A DNA stretch of 64,000 nucleotides from Candidatus Sericytochromatia bacterium (GTDB lineage: Bacteria; Cyanobacteriota; Sericytochromatia; S15B-MN24; JAQBPE01). The notes beneath the pieces were generated by a model that saw nothing but the letters and a program-made list of their open reading frames with translations, had not been told where the DNA came from and searched no databases. The stretch lies in NCBI GenBank assembly GCA_035285125.1, contig JAYKHR010000165.1:1-64000 (forward strand). The letters run 5' to 3'. The stretch's first letter is position 1; each line of letters starts with the position of its first letter. The position numbers and the translations under genes are program-made. Shown one piece after another: positions 19,588 through 29,338 of this stretch.

Positions 19588-20193
19588 CTACTCCCAGGTG
19601 CGGGCGGGGCGGCCCGGGCGAGCCGGCGCTTCCCCCGGCAGGGACGCGACGGGCACGGCAGCCGGGGGCACGGCCCGGAGCCCGGCCACGGGCTCCACCT
19701 GGCCGGCTTCCGGCGGGGGCGCCTGCCCGGGCGCGAGGAAGCCTCCCGGATCCACGGCCACCCCACCACGGCGCAGCTCGTAGTGCAGGTGGGGGCCGGT
19801 CGAGAGTCCGCTGTTGCCCACCAGGGCGATGGTCGCGCCCGCCGGCACGACGTCCCCGGGCCCGACCAGCACCTCCCGCGCATGGCCGTAGACGGTGGTC
19901 CACCCACCCGCATGCTCGAGCAGCACCGCCTTGCCCAGGCCCCCTCGCCACCCGGCATAGATCACCTCACCCGCCATGGAGGCGCGGATGGGGGTGCCCT
20001 CCGCCACGGCGAAGTCCCACCCCTCGTGGGTGCGGCCCGGTACCAGCCCCAGCACGGGATGGTTCTCCCGGACGCCGAAGCCGCTGGAGATCCAGCCGCC
20101 CTCCACGGGTCGCAGCTGCGGCACCACCGGGTTGGGGCCGCACCCCCAGCCAGCCAACGCTCCCATCACCAGAGCCAGCCGCCACATGCGCAC
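19588..20193 (-). CDS. M23 family metallopeptidase, probable lipoprotein
   Basis: HEGWD, YGH, GNSGLSTGPHLHYE; N-terminal hydrophobic segment ending GWGC. Confidence 0.9.
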   Translation of the reverse strand: MRMWRLALVMGALAGWGCGPNPVVPQLRPVEGGWISSGFGVRENHPVLGLVPGRTHEGWDFAVAEGTPIRASMAGEVIYAGWRGGLGKAVLLEHAGGWTTVYGHAREVLVGPGDVVPAGATIALVGNSGLSTGPHLHYELRRGGVAVDPGGFLAPGQAPPPEAGQVEPVAGLRAVPPAAVPVASLPGEAPARPGRPARTWE

Positions 20194-20211
20194 GCGCTCC
20201 CCCGCGCTCGA

Positions 20212-21525
20212 CTACCGCGGCAGGCGCGCGGCGACGTCTTCGAAAGCGCCCCGCGCGGCGTGCGCGATCTGCGCCACCTCGCCCTCGCCGTGGGCGACCG
20301 AGATAAAACAGGCCTCAAACTGGGCGGGCGGCATGTACACCCCGCGACGCAACATGCCGTGGAAAAAGGCCGCGTAGGCCGCCCGGTCGCAGCGGTCAGC
20401 GCTCGGCCACCCCGTGACGGCCTCGGCGGTGAAGAACACCGTGAGCATCGAGCCCACACGGTTGAGCGTCACGGGCACGCCGGCGGCCTGCGCGGCCTCG
20501 CGGAAGGCGGCCTCGATGGCGGCTGACGTGGTCTCTAGGCCCTCGTACACGCCGGGCCGGTCCAGCAGGCGAAGGGTGGCCAGGCCAGCGGCCGTCGCCA
20601 TCGGGTTGCCGCTCAACGTGCCGGCCTGGTACATCGGGCCTGCGGGCGCCACCTGCGCCATCACATCGGCGCGGCCGCCATAGGCCCCCACGGGCATGCC
20701 GCCGCCGACGATCTTCCCGAGGCACGTGAGGTCGGGCGTCACGCCGTAAAGGCCCTGTGCCCCCCCAAACCCTACGCGGAAGCCCGTCATCACCTCGTCG
20801 AACACCAGCAACGCGCCGTGGCGGCGCGTGATGTCCCGCAGGAACGCCAGGAAGCCCGGCGCCGGGGCCACCGTGCCGGAGTTCCCGACCACGGGCTCGA
20901 CAATCACGCCGGCGATGGCCTCGCCGTGGGCCTCGAACAGACGCGAGACGCTCTCCGGGTCATTGAAGTCCGCGCTGAGCGTGTTGGCCGTGACGGCGGC
21001 CGGCACGCCAGGGCTGTCGGGCAGGCCGAGGGTGGCGACGCCAGAGCCCGCCTTGACGAGCAGGAAGTCAGCATGGCCGTGGTAACAGCCGCTGAACTTG
21101 ACGATCTTGTCGCGGCCAGTGAAGGCCCGCGCGAGGCGCAGCGCGCTCATGGTCGCCTCCGTCCCCGAGTTGACGAGCCGCACCATCTCCAGCCCCGGCA
21201 TGGCCTGCCGGATGGCGCGGGCCATGTCCACCTCCGCCACCGTCGGCGCCCCGAAGGCGAAGCCGTTCAGCGCGGTGCGCTGCACGGCCGCCACCACCTC
21301 AGGGTGAGCGTGCCCCAGGATCATCGGCCCCCACGCCCCGATCATGTCGATGTATCGCTGGCCGTCGACGTCTTCGAGCCAGGCACCTTGGGCGCTGGCT
21401 ACGAAGACAGGGTCGCCGCCGACGCTCTTGAAGGCGCGGACAGGGCTGTTGACACCGCCAGGGATCAGGGCCTGCGCGTCACGCCAGAGCGTCGCGGAAC
21501 GGGTGGAAACAGGGGACGAGGACAT
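20212..21525 (-). CDS. hemL: Glutamate-1-semialdehyde 2,1-aminomutase
   Basis: PGGVNSPVRAF, NSGTEATM, GCYHGH, FDEVMTGFR, LGKIVGGG, YQAGTLSGNP; ATG 21525 after GGAGG. Confidence 0.97.
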   Translation of the reverse strand: MSSSPVSTRSATLWRDAQALIPGGVNSPVRAFKSVGGDPVFVASAQGAWLEDVDGQRYIDMIGAWGPMILGHAHPEVVAAVQRTALNGFAFGAPTVAEVDMARAIRQAMPGLEMVRLVNSGTEATMSALRLARAFTGRDKIVKFSGCYHGHADFLLVKAGSGVATLGLPDSPGVPAAVTANTLSADFNDPESVSRLFEAHGEAIAGVIVEPVVGNSGTVAPAPGFLAFLRDITRRHGALLVFDEVMTGFRVGFGGAQGLYGVTPDLTCLGKIVGGGMPVGAYGGRADVMAQVAPAGPMYQAGTLSGNPMATAAGLATLRLLDRPGVYEGLETTSAAIEAAFREAAQAAGVPVTLNRVGSMLTVFFTAEAVTGWPSADRCDRAAYAAFFHGMLRRGVYMPPAQFEACFISVAHGEGEVAQIAHAARGAFEDVAARLPR

Positions 21526-21639
21526 GGCGAACCTCCAGGGCCCACCATTATACCGCGCGCCAGGGTCGTTGGCCTGCCAATGGTGCCGGCCGCGGGGTAA
21601 AATGCGGCCAGTTCCGCCCCTGCTCCCGGAGGTTTTCCG

Positions 21640-22926
21640 ATGCACCGTCTGCCCCTCGCGCTCCTCGCGCCCATCGTTTCGCTTGCGCTAGGAACGCCGC
21701 CAGCCCTCGCGGCCAGCGGGGCCTTCAAGGACGTCCCCGCCGGCCACTGGGCCGAGCAGGCCGTCCAGAAGGTGGCCGTCGAGCGCCGCTTCATGAAGGG
21801 ATACCCGGATGACACCTTCCAGGGGGCGCTTCCGTTCACCCGCATCCAGCTGGCGCTCGCCGTGGCCGAGCTCATCGCCCAGCTCGAGCGCCAGACCAAG
21901 GTCAGCTGGAAGACGGAGGGCCTCGGGGGCTACGCCTTCAAGGACCTCCCGGAGACGTCTGAGGTCCGCGAGAAGGTGCTGGCGCTGGCCAACGACTACC
22001 GGCTGTTCGAGGGAGTCCCCGGCGTGACCTCCCAGACACTGGAGGCCGACAAGCAGGTCACGCGCTACGAGATGGCCAAGGTCATCCACCGCCTGATGCG
22101 ACTGGGCGAGACGCGCAAGGTGGTCGACCCGACCGTGCTCAGGCCTCAGATCTACGCCTTCGCCGACGTGCCCCGGTCGGCCTGGTCATACAACGAGGTC
22201 AAGGAGGTTGCGGAGCGGTACCAGGTGATGGTCGGTTTCCCTGACGCGACCTTCCGAGGCCCGGAACAGCTGACGCGCTACCAGTTCGCGGCCTCGGCAG
22301 CCCAGACCTTCCCGCTGGTGGTCGCCCTCGTGGAGCGCACGCAGGAGCGCCAGCAGCAGGCTCAGGCCGAGGCTGCGGCCGCGGGCCTGCGGTTCCAGGA
22401 GGACCTCCCCGTCGTGGCCGGCGCCAGCGTCGGACTCGGTGGCGCCCTGGCCCCTGGGGCCCTGGTCCGCGGCGTGTCCTACTTCGGGCCCATCTTCGTC
22501 AGCGGCGAGTACCAGCTCGGCGGCGGCCCCCTGCAGGCGGGCGCGCCTCACGCGCTTCAGGCCGACCTGGGCTACGCCATCCCGGTGGGCCCTGGCCTCC
22601 ACCTGCAGCCCTACGTCGGCGCGCGGACCTACTCGAACCTGAGCGACTCGCTCACGGGCGTGAGCTACGGCGCCCTGGCGTACTGGCGCCCGATGCACGC
22701 CTTCGGGGCGCACCTGAGGCTCGGAGGCGCCACCCCACTGCAGGGCAATGCCCAGGGCACCCTGCTCGCGGGGGCCAGCGCGGGACTTTGGTGGCACCCG
22801 ACGACCAGCTGGGGGCTGTTCGTGGAGGGCGGCGCGGGGCAGTGGCCTGCGGCCCTCGGTCAGGCCGCGCCTGCGGGCAGTTCGCTGGCACCCACGCTGG
22901 CCGTGGGCGCCGGCTACCGGTTCTAA
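21640..22926 (+). CDS. SLH-domain protein with C-terminal outer-membrane beta-barrel-like domain
   Basis: Signal peptide; SLH repeats FKDVPAGHWA..MKGYPDDTF..TR, FKDL..VTRYE, FADVP..VGFPDATF..LTRYQ; Q/A-rich linker; amphipathic beta strands ending GAGYRF. Confidence 0.8.
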   Translation: MHRLPLALLAPIVSLALGTPPALAASGAFKDVPAGHWAEQAVQKVAVERRFMKGYPDDTFQGALPFTRIQLALAVAELIAQLERQTKVSWKTEGLGGYAFKDLPETSEVREKVLALANDYRLFEGVPGVTSQTLEADKQVTRYEMAKVIHRLMRLGETRKVVDPTVLRPQIYAFADVPRSAWSYNEVKEVAERYQVMVGFPDATFRGPEQLTRYQFAASAAQTFPLVVALVERTQERQQQAQAEAAAAGLRFQEDLPVVAGASVGLGGALAPGALVRGVSYFGPIFVSGEYQLGGGPLQAGAPHALQADLGYAIPVGPGLHLQPYVGARTYSNLSDSLTGVSYGALAYWRPMHAFGAHLRLGGATPLQGNAQGTLLAGASAGLWWHPTTSWGLFVEGGAGQWPAALGQAAPAGSSLAPTLAVGAGYRF

Positions 22927-22936
22927 CGCGCGACCG

Positions 22937-24043
22937 TCAGCGCGGGGCCGCCGGCGCCACGGAGGGCTTCGGCGGCCCGTACATCCCCGGGACCGTGAAC
23001 AGGTCCTTCACGATCAGCGCCACCCCCAGCCCCATCACGAACAGGAACCCGGCCACGAGGATGCGTTCCTCAACGGCGCGCGGCAGCGGACGACCCCGCA
23101 GCGCCTCTAGCGTCAGGAACACCAGGTGGCCGCCGTCGAGGGCCGGCAGGGGCAGGAGGTTGATGATGGCGAGTTCGATCGAGAGCAGCACGGCGAACTC
23201 GAGCAGCAGCCAAGGGTTGTCCTGGTAGACCTGGTCGCCCATCGCCACGATCGCCACAGGGCCACCCGTCTGGTCGATCATGGTCGAGGGCGAGGAGAAC
23301 AGCTTGGTGAGCGCGTCCGCCAGCATAACGGTGATCTTGATCTGCTGCTCGTTCGTCTGCTGCAGGGCGTCCACCACCCCCGTGACGGCCCGTCTCACGG
23401 GCCGGATGCTGGGTTGGAAGCCCAGGCGGCCCTTCGCGTCAGGGGTGGCCTGAAGCACGACGGTCGTCTCCCCCCGGCGGACCTCCAGAGGAATGGCCTG
23501 ACCCTTGTGGGCCGCCAGCTCGCGCCGGAAATCGTCGAAGCGGGCGAAGCCACGGCCGTCCACCTTCACGAGGCGGTCCCCAGGCTGCAGCCCCGCACGA
23601 ACAGCCGCCGAGTCGGGCATCACGGCCTTCACCAGGACGTCCTGGTCTCCGGTGGGCACGCCGAGGCCGAGGTTGGACCCCAGCAGGATGAACCAGGCGG
23701 ACACGAAGTTGAAGACCACGCCGGCGCTGACGACCCACACCCGCTGCCAGATGGGCCTGTTGCGGAGGTACGCCTCCGGAGGAAGGTCCTCCGCGATGCC
23801 CTCCACAGGCTCCTCTTGCTGGTCGTCGGCGAAGGCGCAGTACCCGCCGAGCGGGATCCAGTTGAGTCGGACCTCCGTCTCGCGCCACTGGAAGCCCACG
23901 ATGGCAGGCCCGAAGCCGATGGCGAACTGGCGCACCGGGATGTTCAGGGACTTCGCCGCGAGGAAGTGACCCGCCTCGTGGATGGCGATCAGCACCCCGA
24001 GCACGAGCACCGTCATCAGGATGCCTGAGAAGCTGGCCACCAT
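22937..24043 (-). CDS. rseP: RIP metalloprotease RseP (M50, one PDZ domain)
   Basis: HEAGH, FAIGFGP, IPLGGY, PDZ (AGLQPGD), NLLPLPALDGG; probable start ATG 24043. Confidence 0.93.
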   Translation of the reverse strand: MVASFSGILMTVLVLGVLIAIHEAGHFLAAKSLNIPVRQFAIGFGPAIVGFQWRETEVRLNWIPLGGYCAFADDQQEEPVEGIAEDLPPEAYLRNRPIWQRVWVVSAGVVFNFVSAWFILLGSNLGLGVPTGDQDVLVKAVMPDSAAVRAGLQPGDRLVKVDGRGFARFDDFRRELAAHKGQAIPLEVRRGETTVVLQATPDAKGRLGFQPSIRPVRRAVTGVVDALQQTNEQQIKITVMLADALTKLFSSPSTMIDQTGGPVAIVAMGDQVYQDNPWLLLEFAVLLSIELAIINLLPLPALDGGHLVFLTLEALRGRPLPRAVEERILVAGFLFVMGLGVALIVKDLFTVPGMYGPPKPSVAPAAPR

Positions 24044-24160
24044 GAGGTTGTCTCTCCACCTGGGGTTCGGGAGGGGCGCGACGCGAGGCAACAGCATAAC
24101 ACGCCGCAGGCCCCCGGCGTGCCGTTGCGCCCGCGGGCCGGGCGCTCTAGGATGGTCCAT

Positions 24161-25141
24161 ATGGGCCGCACCCAGCCACCCAGCGACGCCTTCCCTCCCC
24201 CGCCCGACGGCTGGGTGCAGGGCGACCCCTCCGGCCCCCCCCTCGTGGTGGTCGTGGGACCCACCGGCGCGGGCAAGAGCGCCGTGGCCCTGCGGCTGGC
24301 CGCAGAGAACCGTGGCGCCATCATCTCCGCCGACTCCCGGCAGGTATACGAGGGCTTCGACGTCGGCACGGCGACTCCCACGGCCGAAGAACTCGCGGCC
24401 GTGCCCCACGACCTCGTGAGCTGCGTCTCCCCCACCCGAACCTACACGGTGGCCGAGTTCCAGGCCGACGCCCGCGAGGCCATCACGCGTCGCAAGGCGG
24501 CGGGGTACCTCCCCGTGCTGGTCGGGGGCACGGGGCTTTACGTCCGCGCCGTGCTGGATGGGCTGACGATTCCCCCCCAGGCCCCGGACCCCGCCCTTCG
24601 GCGCGAGCTCGCCGCGCTGCCCGATCCGTGGGGGGCCCTCGCGGAGGTCGACCCGGAAACGGCCAAGCGGCTGCACCCGAACGACAGGTTCCGGATCGTG
24701 CGGGCCCTGGAGGTCTTCCGGCTGACGGGCACCCCCATCAGCGCCCAGCAGCACACGCAGCCCTGCCCCTACAGGTTGCTGGTGATCGGTGTGGCGGCGC
24801 CGCGGGCCGACCTTTACAGCCGCATTGACACGCGCGTGGTGGCGATGCAGGAGGCCGGGTTGCTCGGGGAGGTCGAGGCGCTCGCCGCGCGCTGGGGCTG
24901 GGACCACCCGCTGCTCGGCACGCTCGGGTACGCGGAGATGGCATCGTACCTGCGCGGGGAGCGCAGCCTGCCCGAGGCGACGGCAGCCATGGCGCAGCAC
25001 ACGCGCAATTACGCCAAACGTCAGCTCACATGGTTCCGGGCCGATCGGCGCATCCGCTGGCTCGTCCGGGCGCCGGGAGAGGGCGATGACGCCCTCGTGG
25101 CGAAGGCCAGCCGCTGGCTGCGCGAGTGGGCGCTGGCCTGA
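24161..25141 (+). CDS. miaA: tRNA dimethylallyltransferase
   Basis: GPTGAGKS, SADSRQVY, VGGTGLY, RIVRALEV, TRNYAKRQLTWF; start approximate. Confidence 0.95.
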   Translation: MGRTQPPSDAFPPPPDGWVQGDPSGPPLVVVVGPTGAGKSAVALRLAAENRGAIISADSRQVYEGFDVGTATPTAEELAAVPHDLVSCVSPTRTYTVAEFQADAREAITRRKAAGYLPVLVGGTGLYVRAVLDGLTIPPQAPDPALRRELAALPDPWGALAEVDPETAKRLHPNDRFRIVRALEVFRLTGTPISAQQHTQPCPYRLLVIGVAAPRADLYSRIDTRVVAMQEAGLLGEVEALAARWGWDHPLLGTLGYAEMASYLRGERSLPEATAAMAQHTRNYAKRQLTWFRADRRIRWLVRAPGEGDDALVAKASRWLREWALA

Positions 25142-25153
25142 CGAGAGGGGCAG

Positions 25154-26014
25154 ATGAAGCTGCACTTCGAGAAGTACGAGGGCACCGGCAACGACTTCGT
25201 CGTGGTGGACGCCGAACACGTGCCGACCGGCCTGGACTGGCACCGGCTGGCGCCCCGGCTGTGTGACCGCCACCGCGGCGTCGGCGCCGACGGGGTGCTG
25301 CTGCTCGGCCCGGGAGAGCGCGCGCCCTGGCGAATGCGCGTGTTCAACGCGGACGGCTCTGAGCCTGAGATGTGCGGCAACGGCGTGCGCTGCGCCGTGC
25401 GTTGGTGGACCGACACGGGGCGCCGGGGGCCTGGCCTCGGCCCGATCGAGACGGGGGCGGGCATCGTCCACGCAGAGGCCCTCGCCGCGGGTGACGTGCG
25501 CGTGGCGATGGGCCGGCCCCGCTGGCACCGCGCCGCGCTGCCGGCCACAGGCGCGGCGGACGCCGAGCTGCGCGACGAGCCGTTCACGTGCGGGGACGTC
25601 ACGCTGCACTTCACCGCCGTGTCGATGGGCAACCCCCATGCCGTCGCCGTGGTGCCGGACGTGGCGGCCGTGCCACTCGCGGCCTGGGGTCCGAGGATGG
25701 AGACCGACCCGACCTTCCCCGCCCGGACCAATGTGGAGTTCGCCCAGGTGCTGGGGCCCCGCGAGGCATCGATGCGCGTCTGGGAGCGGGGGGCAGGCCC
25801 GACCCAGGCCTGTGGCACGGGGGCCTGCGCCACCCTCGTGGTGCTCGCGCGCGCGGGCCTGCTGGCACGAGAGGCGACGATCCACCTGCCAGGAGGCCCG
25901 CTGACGGTGGCCTGGGCGGACGACGACGAAGTCTGGATGACGGGCGAGGCCAGGCAGGTCTTCGCCGGCGAGCTCGCGCTCGACAGGCTGGTCGGCGCAG
26001 CGCGGGTGTCGTAA
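25154..26014 (+). CDS. dapF: Diaminopimelate epimerase
   Basis: GTGNDF, GVGADG, NADGSEPEMCGNG, MGNPH, ERGAGPTQACGTG. Confidence 0.96.
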   Translation: MKLHFEKYEGTGNDFVVVDAEHVPTGLDWHRLAPRLCDRHRGVGADGVLLLGPGERAPWRMRVFNADGSEPEMCGNGVRCAVRWWTDTGRRGPGLGPIETGAGIVHAEALAAGDVRVAMGRPRWHRAALPATGAADAELRDEPFTCGDVTLHFTAVSMGNPHAVAVVPDVAAVPLAAWGPRMETDPTFPARTNVEFAQVLGPREASMRVWERGAGPTQACGTGACATLVVLARAGLLAREATIHLPGGPLTVAWADDDEVWMTGEARQVFAGELALDRLVGAARVS

Positions 26015-26057
26015 AATCCCCGACGTTGAGCCCGGTGCCCGAAGGAGCCCCCCTCCC

Positions 26058-26315
26058 ATGTCAAGCTTCACGTTCCAAGTTGACCGCGTTCACCGCGTCA
26101 CGGCGCCCATCACCGTGCACCCGGACCCGGGCCTCATGAGCGAGCCCTTCACGGTGGAGCCCGGTGCCACCGTCATCTACAGGGGTGTCGTGGAGCTGGG
26201 AGGCACCCAGCGGCACGCCTTCGACCTCGGAGAGGGGCGGCGCGGCTACACGCGCGACCGGGCTCAACTGGCGCCCGCGCTCGCCGAGGACTACGACGCG
26301 CTGATGCAGGCCTGA
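26058..26315 (+). CDS. Hypothetical small protein
   Basis: 85-aa ORF after AAGGAG, co-oriented between dapF and the ferredoxin. Confidence 0.6.
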   Translation: MSSFTFQVDRVHRVTAPITVHPDPGLMSEPFTVEPGATVIYRGVVELGGTQRHAFDLGEGRRGYTRDRAQLAPALAEDYDALMQA

Positions 26316-26320
26316 CGCCT

Positions 26321-26650
26321 GTGCCGGCACCTGAACACCACCTGTTCGTCTGCCAGAACGAGCGCCCGGAGGGCAACCCGCGCGGGTGCTGCAAACACCG
26401 CGGTGGTGCTGAGGTCCTGGCGGCCTTCAAGGCAGCCATCCTGGCCCGCGGGCTGCGGCAGCGGCTCGAGTTCGACGGCACGACGTGCGTGGACACCTGC
26501 GCCTGGGGGCCCGTCGTGGTGGTCTACCCGGAGGGCACCTGGTACGGCAAGGTGACGCCGGACGACGTGCCGGAGCTGGTGGACGCCATCTCGGAAGGGC
26601 GCGTCGTCGAGCGCCTCAGGGTGCCCAACGACGCCATTCGCAAGAGCTGA
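26321..26650 (+). CDS. Thioredoxin-like [2Fe-2S] ferredoxin
   Basis: HLFVCQNER...GCC...CVDTC..GP..VVYPEGTWY. Confidence 0.9.
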   Translation: MPAPEHHLFVCQNERPEGNPRGCCKHRGGAEVLAAFKAAILARGLRQRLEFDGTTCVDTCAWGPVVVVYPEGTWYGKVTPDDVPELVDAISEGRVVERLRVPNDAIRKS

Positions 26651-26739
26651 CGGCCAGGCGCGCGAAGGCCCCCGCCACACGTCCTAGGTGGCAGGGGCCT
26701 TGAATCACGCACGTTGGTTTTGGCTACCGGAAACTCTGG

Positions 26740-27279
26740 TCAGAACGCCCACTCGTTGAACAGCTTGCGCCGGAAGTCGGAGATCTCGCTGCCGCCCACC
26801 TGCACGGACACATCGTCCTGCTGGTTGAGCAGTTCCACGAGCTTCTCATTGACGCCGCGCAGGCGGGCGCTCATCAGCTGGGCCAGGTTGAACACGACCT
26901 TGTGGGCCGCCAGGTTGCCCTTGGCGATCTCGGCCATGAAGTCCTCGCGGCGGATGCGGTAGAGCACCACATCCGTGATCGCGGCGCCCGTGCAGGTGCG
27001 GGGCTCACCGCTCATCAGGCTCATCTCCCCGATCACGCCGGGCGCCTGGATCACTGTGATGACCCGAGCCTCGCCGTCACGATCGTTCTTGCGAATCTCG
27101 ACGGCGCCGGCCCAGATGATGTCGAGGTAGTTGGCCGCGTTCCGCTCCTGGAAGAGCATGTCGCCCTTCGAGAAGTTCATCGGGTTCGCCAGCCGGCCAA
27201 TCGCGTCGACCTCGTCGCGCGTCAGGCCTTGAAAAATAGCCAGGTCGTAAAAGCCGACAGGCACGAGCGTCATTTCCAT
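26740..27279 (-). CDS. Stand-alone cyclic nucleotide-binding domain protein
   Basis: IFQGL, KGDMLFQE, GEMSL...PRTCT; no HTH after the C-helix. Confidence 0.85.
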   Translation of the reverse strand: MEMTLVPVGFYDLAIFQGLTRDEVDAIGRLANPMNFSKGDMLFQERNAANYLDIIWAGAVEIRKNDRDGEARVITVIQAPGVIGEMSLMSGEPRTCTGAAITDVVLYRIRREDFMAEIAKGNLAAHKVVFNLAQLMSARLRGVNEKLVELLNQQDDVSVQVGGSEISDFRRKLFNEWAF

Positions 27280-27355
27280 GGGGTGGTCCCTCTTTCGTCA
27301 TCGAAGCGTCGAACATCGTCGTTCGACTCAGGGGGCACCGAACAGGATACTGCGA

Positions 27356-28591
27356 TCAGGCGAACCCCTGCAAGACGGTCGCCTTACCAACCCGGCCTAT
27401 CCCCACCACAAAGGCGGCCGTCCGCATACTGAGTTTCTTCTCCGTGGCGACCTTGTACACGGTGTGGAACGCCTTGAGCATGATGCGCCGGAGCTCCAAG
27501 TTGACCTTCTCGAGGTCCCAGCTGAACTGTTGAATGTTCTGGGTCCACTCGAAGTACGAGACCGTGACCCCGCCGGCGTTGGCGAGGATGTCCGGTACTA
27601 CCATGATACCCCGGCGCTCGAAGATCTCATCCGCTTCGGGGGTCGTGGGGGCGTTGGCCGCCTCGACGATGAGCTTCGCACGCACCTCGTTCGCGTTCTC
27701 CTTCGTCAGCACATGGCCGAGGGCCGCAGGGACGAGCACGTCGCATTCGAGCAGCAGCAGCTCCTCGTTGCTGATGGGCTCGGCCCCGGGGAACCCCTTG
27801 ATGGTGCGGTGCTGCGCCATGTAGGCGACGAGGGCCGGGACGTCGAGGCCCTGGGGGGCGTAGATACCGCCGTTGACGTCGCTGGTGGCGAGGATCTTCC
27901 CGCCCCGTTCGGCGATCAGGCGGCAGGCGTGCGAGCCCACGTTCCCGAAGCCCTGGACCACGAAGGTGGCGCCCTCTATGTCACGTCCCGTCGCCCGGAG
28001 CGCCTCTTCCGCGACGTACAGCGTGCCGCGGCCCGTGGCTTCCTCCCGCCCGGCCGACCCGTGCAGGTCGAGGGGCTTGCCCGTCACAACGGCCGGCGAG
28101 TGGCCGTAGAACTTGGAGTACTCGGACATGACGTAGGCCATCACCTGCGCGTTGGTGTTCATGTCAGGCGCCGGAATGTCCTTCATCGGGCCGATGCTCT
28201 CGTGAATCTGCTCGATGAACTTGCGGGTCAACCGCTCGATCTCCCGCTCTGAGAGCGCGTGGGGGTCGACGGTGATGCCGCCCTTGCCGCCGCCGAAGGG
28301 GATGTCCACGATGGCGGTCTTCCACGTCATCAGCGAGGCAAGCGAGCGCGTCTCGTCGAGATCAACCTGCGGGTGGTAGCGCAGGCCCCCCTTGAGCGGC
28401 CCCCGGGACTTGTTGTGCTGGATGCGGTAGCCCGTGAACACCCGGACCTCTCCGCTGTCGAGCTCGATGGGGATGTTGACGGTGATTTCGCGGTAGGGGT
28501 TCAGCAGCAGCGCCTGGACGTGCTCGCCGAGGTCCATGACCTTGGCCGCCTGGCGGAAGTAATAGTTTGTTTGCTCGAAGGAGCTGCTCAT
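27356..28591 (-). CDS. gdhA: Glu/Leu/Phe/Val dehydrogenase (probable glutamate dehydrogenase)
   Basis: KGGLRYHP, MTWK, PFGGGKGG, DIPAPD, VTGKP, QGFGNVG, EAAN, NAGGVTVSYFEW; ATG 28591. Confidence 0.92.
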   Translation of the reverse strand: MSSSFEQTNYYFRQAAKVMDLGEHVQALLLNPYREITVNIPIELDSGEVRVFTGYRIQHNKSRGPLKGGLRYHPQVDLDETRSLASLMTWKTAIVDIPFGGGKGGITVDPHALSEREIERLTRKFIEQIHESIGPMKDIPAPDMNTNAQVMAYVMSEYSKFYGHSPAVVTGKPLDLHGSAGREEATGRGTLYVAEEALRATGRDIEGATFVVQGFGNVGSHACRLIAERGGKILATSDVNGGIYAPQGLDVPALVAYMAQHRTIKGFPGAEPISNEELLLLECDVLVPAALGHVLTKENANEVRAKLIVEAANAPTTPEADEIFERRGIMVVPDILANAGGVTVSYFEWTQNIQQFSWDLEKVNLELRRIMLKAFHTVYKVATEKKLSMRTAAFVVGIGRVGKATVLQGFA

Positions 28592-28983
28592 GGCCTGCCT
28601 CAACGTCGAGGGGGGTGCGAGGGGCTGTCTACCCGGCCACCACAGCCACGTAGCGTGTGCCGGCAGGGCCCTGGCCACCTGAGCGCCACCGAGCAGCCGG
28701 CAACAGCTTTACAATAGGAAATATTTTTAAAACCCCCTAAAAGCCTGTCCAGGACTTCAGAACAACCATTTCCGGGCGTCAGACAGCCTTGCACACCGGC
28801 AGGCATTGTGGCATTATGTTTACAGTTCTTCATAAATAAATGTGTCGAACAAACATCCCGCCAGCAGCAAAAGGCGCCATACAACTGTCATGGCAAGCCA
28901 ATGCCGGCACTTGCGCCGCAAGGGCGCCGAACGACCACAATCTTGAAGAATTGTTTCACGCTTACCCGCAGGAGGACACCTCA

Positions 28984-29244
28984 ATGCCCGCGACGCTCAA
29001 CCCCTCTCGCAAGCCCGCCGCCAAGCGCACGAAGCGCAAGAAGGATCGGGAGTTCTTCCAGGCCATCGGCCGCAAGGGCGGCCAGAAGACCCGTGACAAG
29101 TACGGCTCCGAGTTCTTCTCCACCATCGGCAAGCGCGGCGGCACCGCGCTGAAGGAGGAGAAGGGCATCGAGTTCTTCCGCGAGATCGCCCGCATCAGCC
29201 GGCAGCGCGTCGCGGCAGCGGCGGCGGCGATGCGCGAGGGCTGA
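28984..29244 (+). CDS. KGG-repeat general stress protein (GsiB/YciG-like)
   Basis: Three 20-aa-period repeats EFFQAIGRKGG / EFFSTIGKRGG / EFFREIARISR; ATG 28984 after AGGAGG; followed by a GC hairpin at about 29255-29285. Confidence 0.85.
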   Translation: MPATLNPSRKPAAKRTKRKKDREFFQAIGRKGGQKTRDKYGSEFFSTIGKRGGTALKEEKGIEFFREIARISRQRVAAAAAAMREG

Positions 29245-29338
29245 ACCGAGCGGTGTGGTGGGCGCCTGACGCGGCGCCCACCACGCCTCCCTGGCGAGAC
29301 CGGGTTACTGGGCGCTCCCCGCAGGGAACCATGACGGC

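Noticed and set aside
22937..26071. Apparent 1044-aa RseP fusion
   Set aside because: The N-terminal 675 aa is the antisense shadow of miaA-dapF; RseP starts at about 24043.
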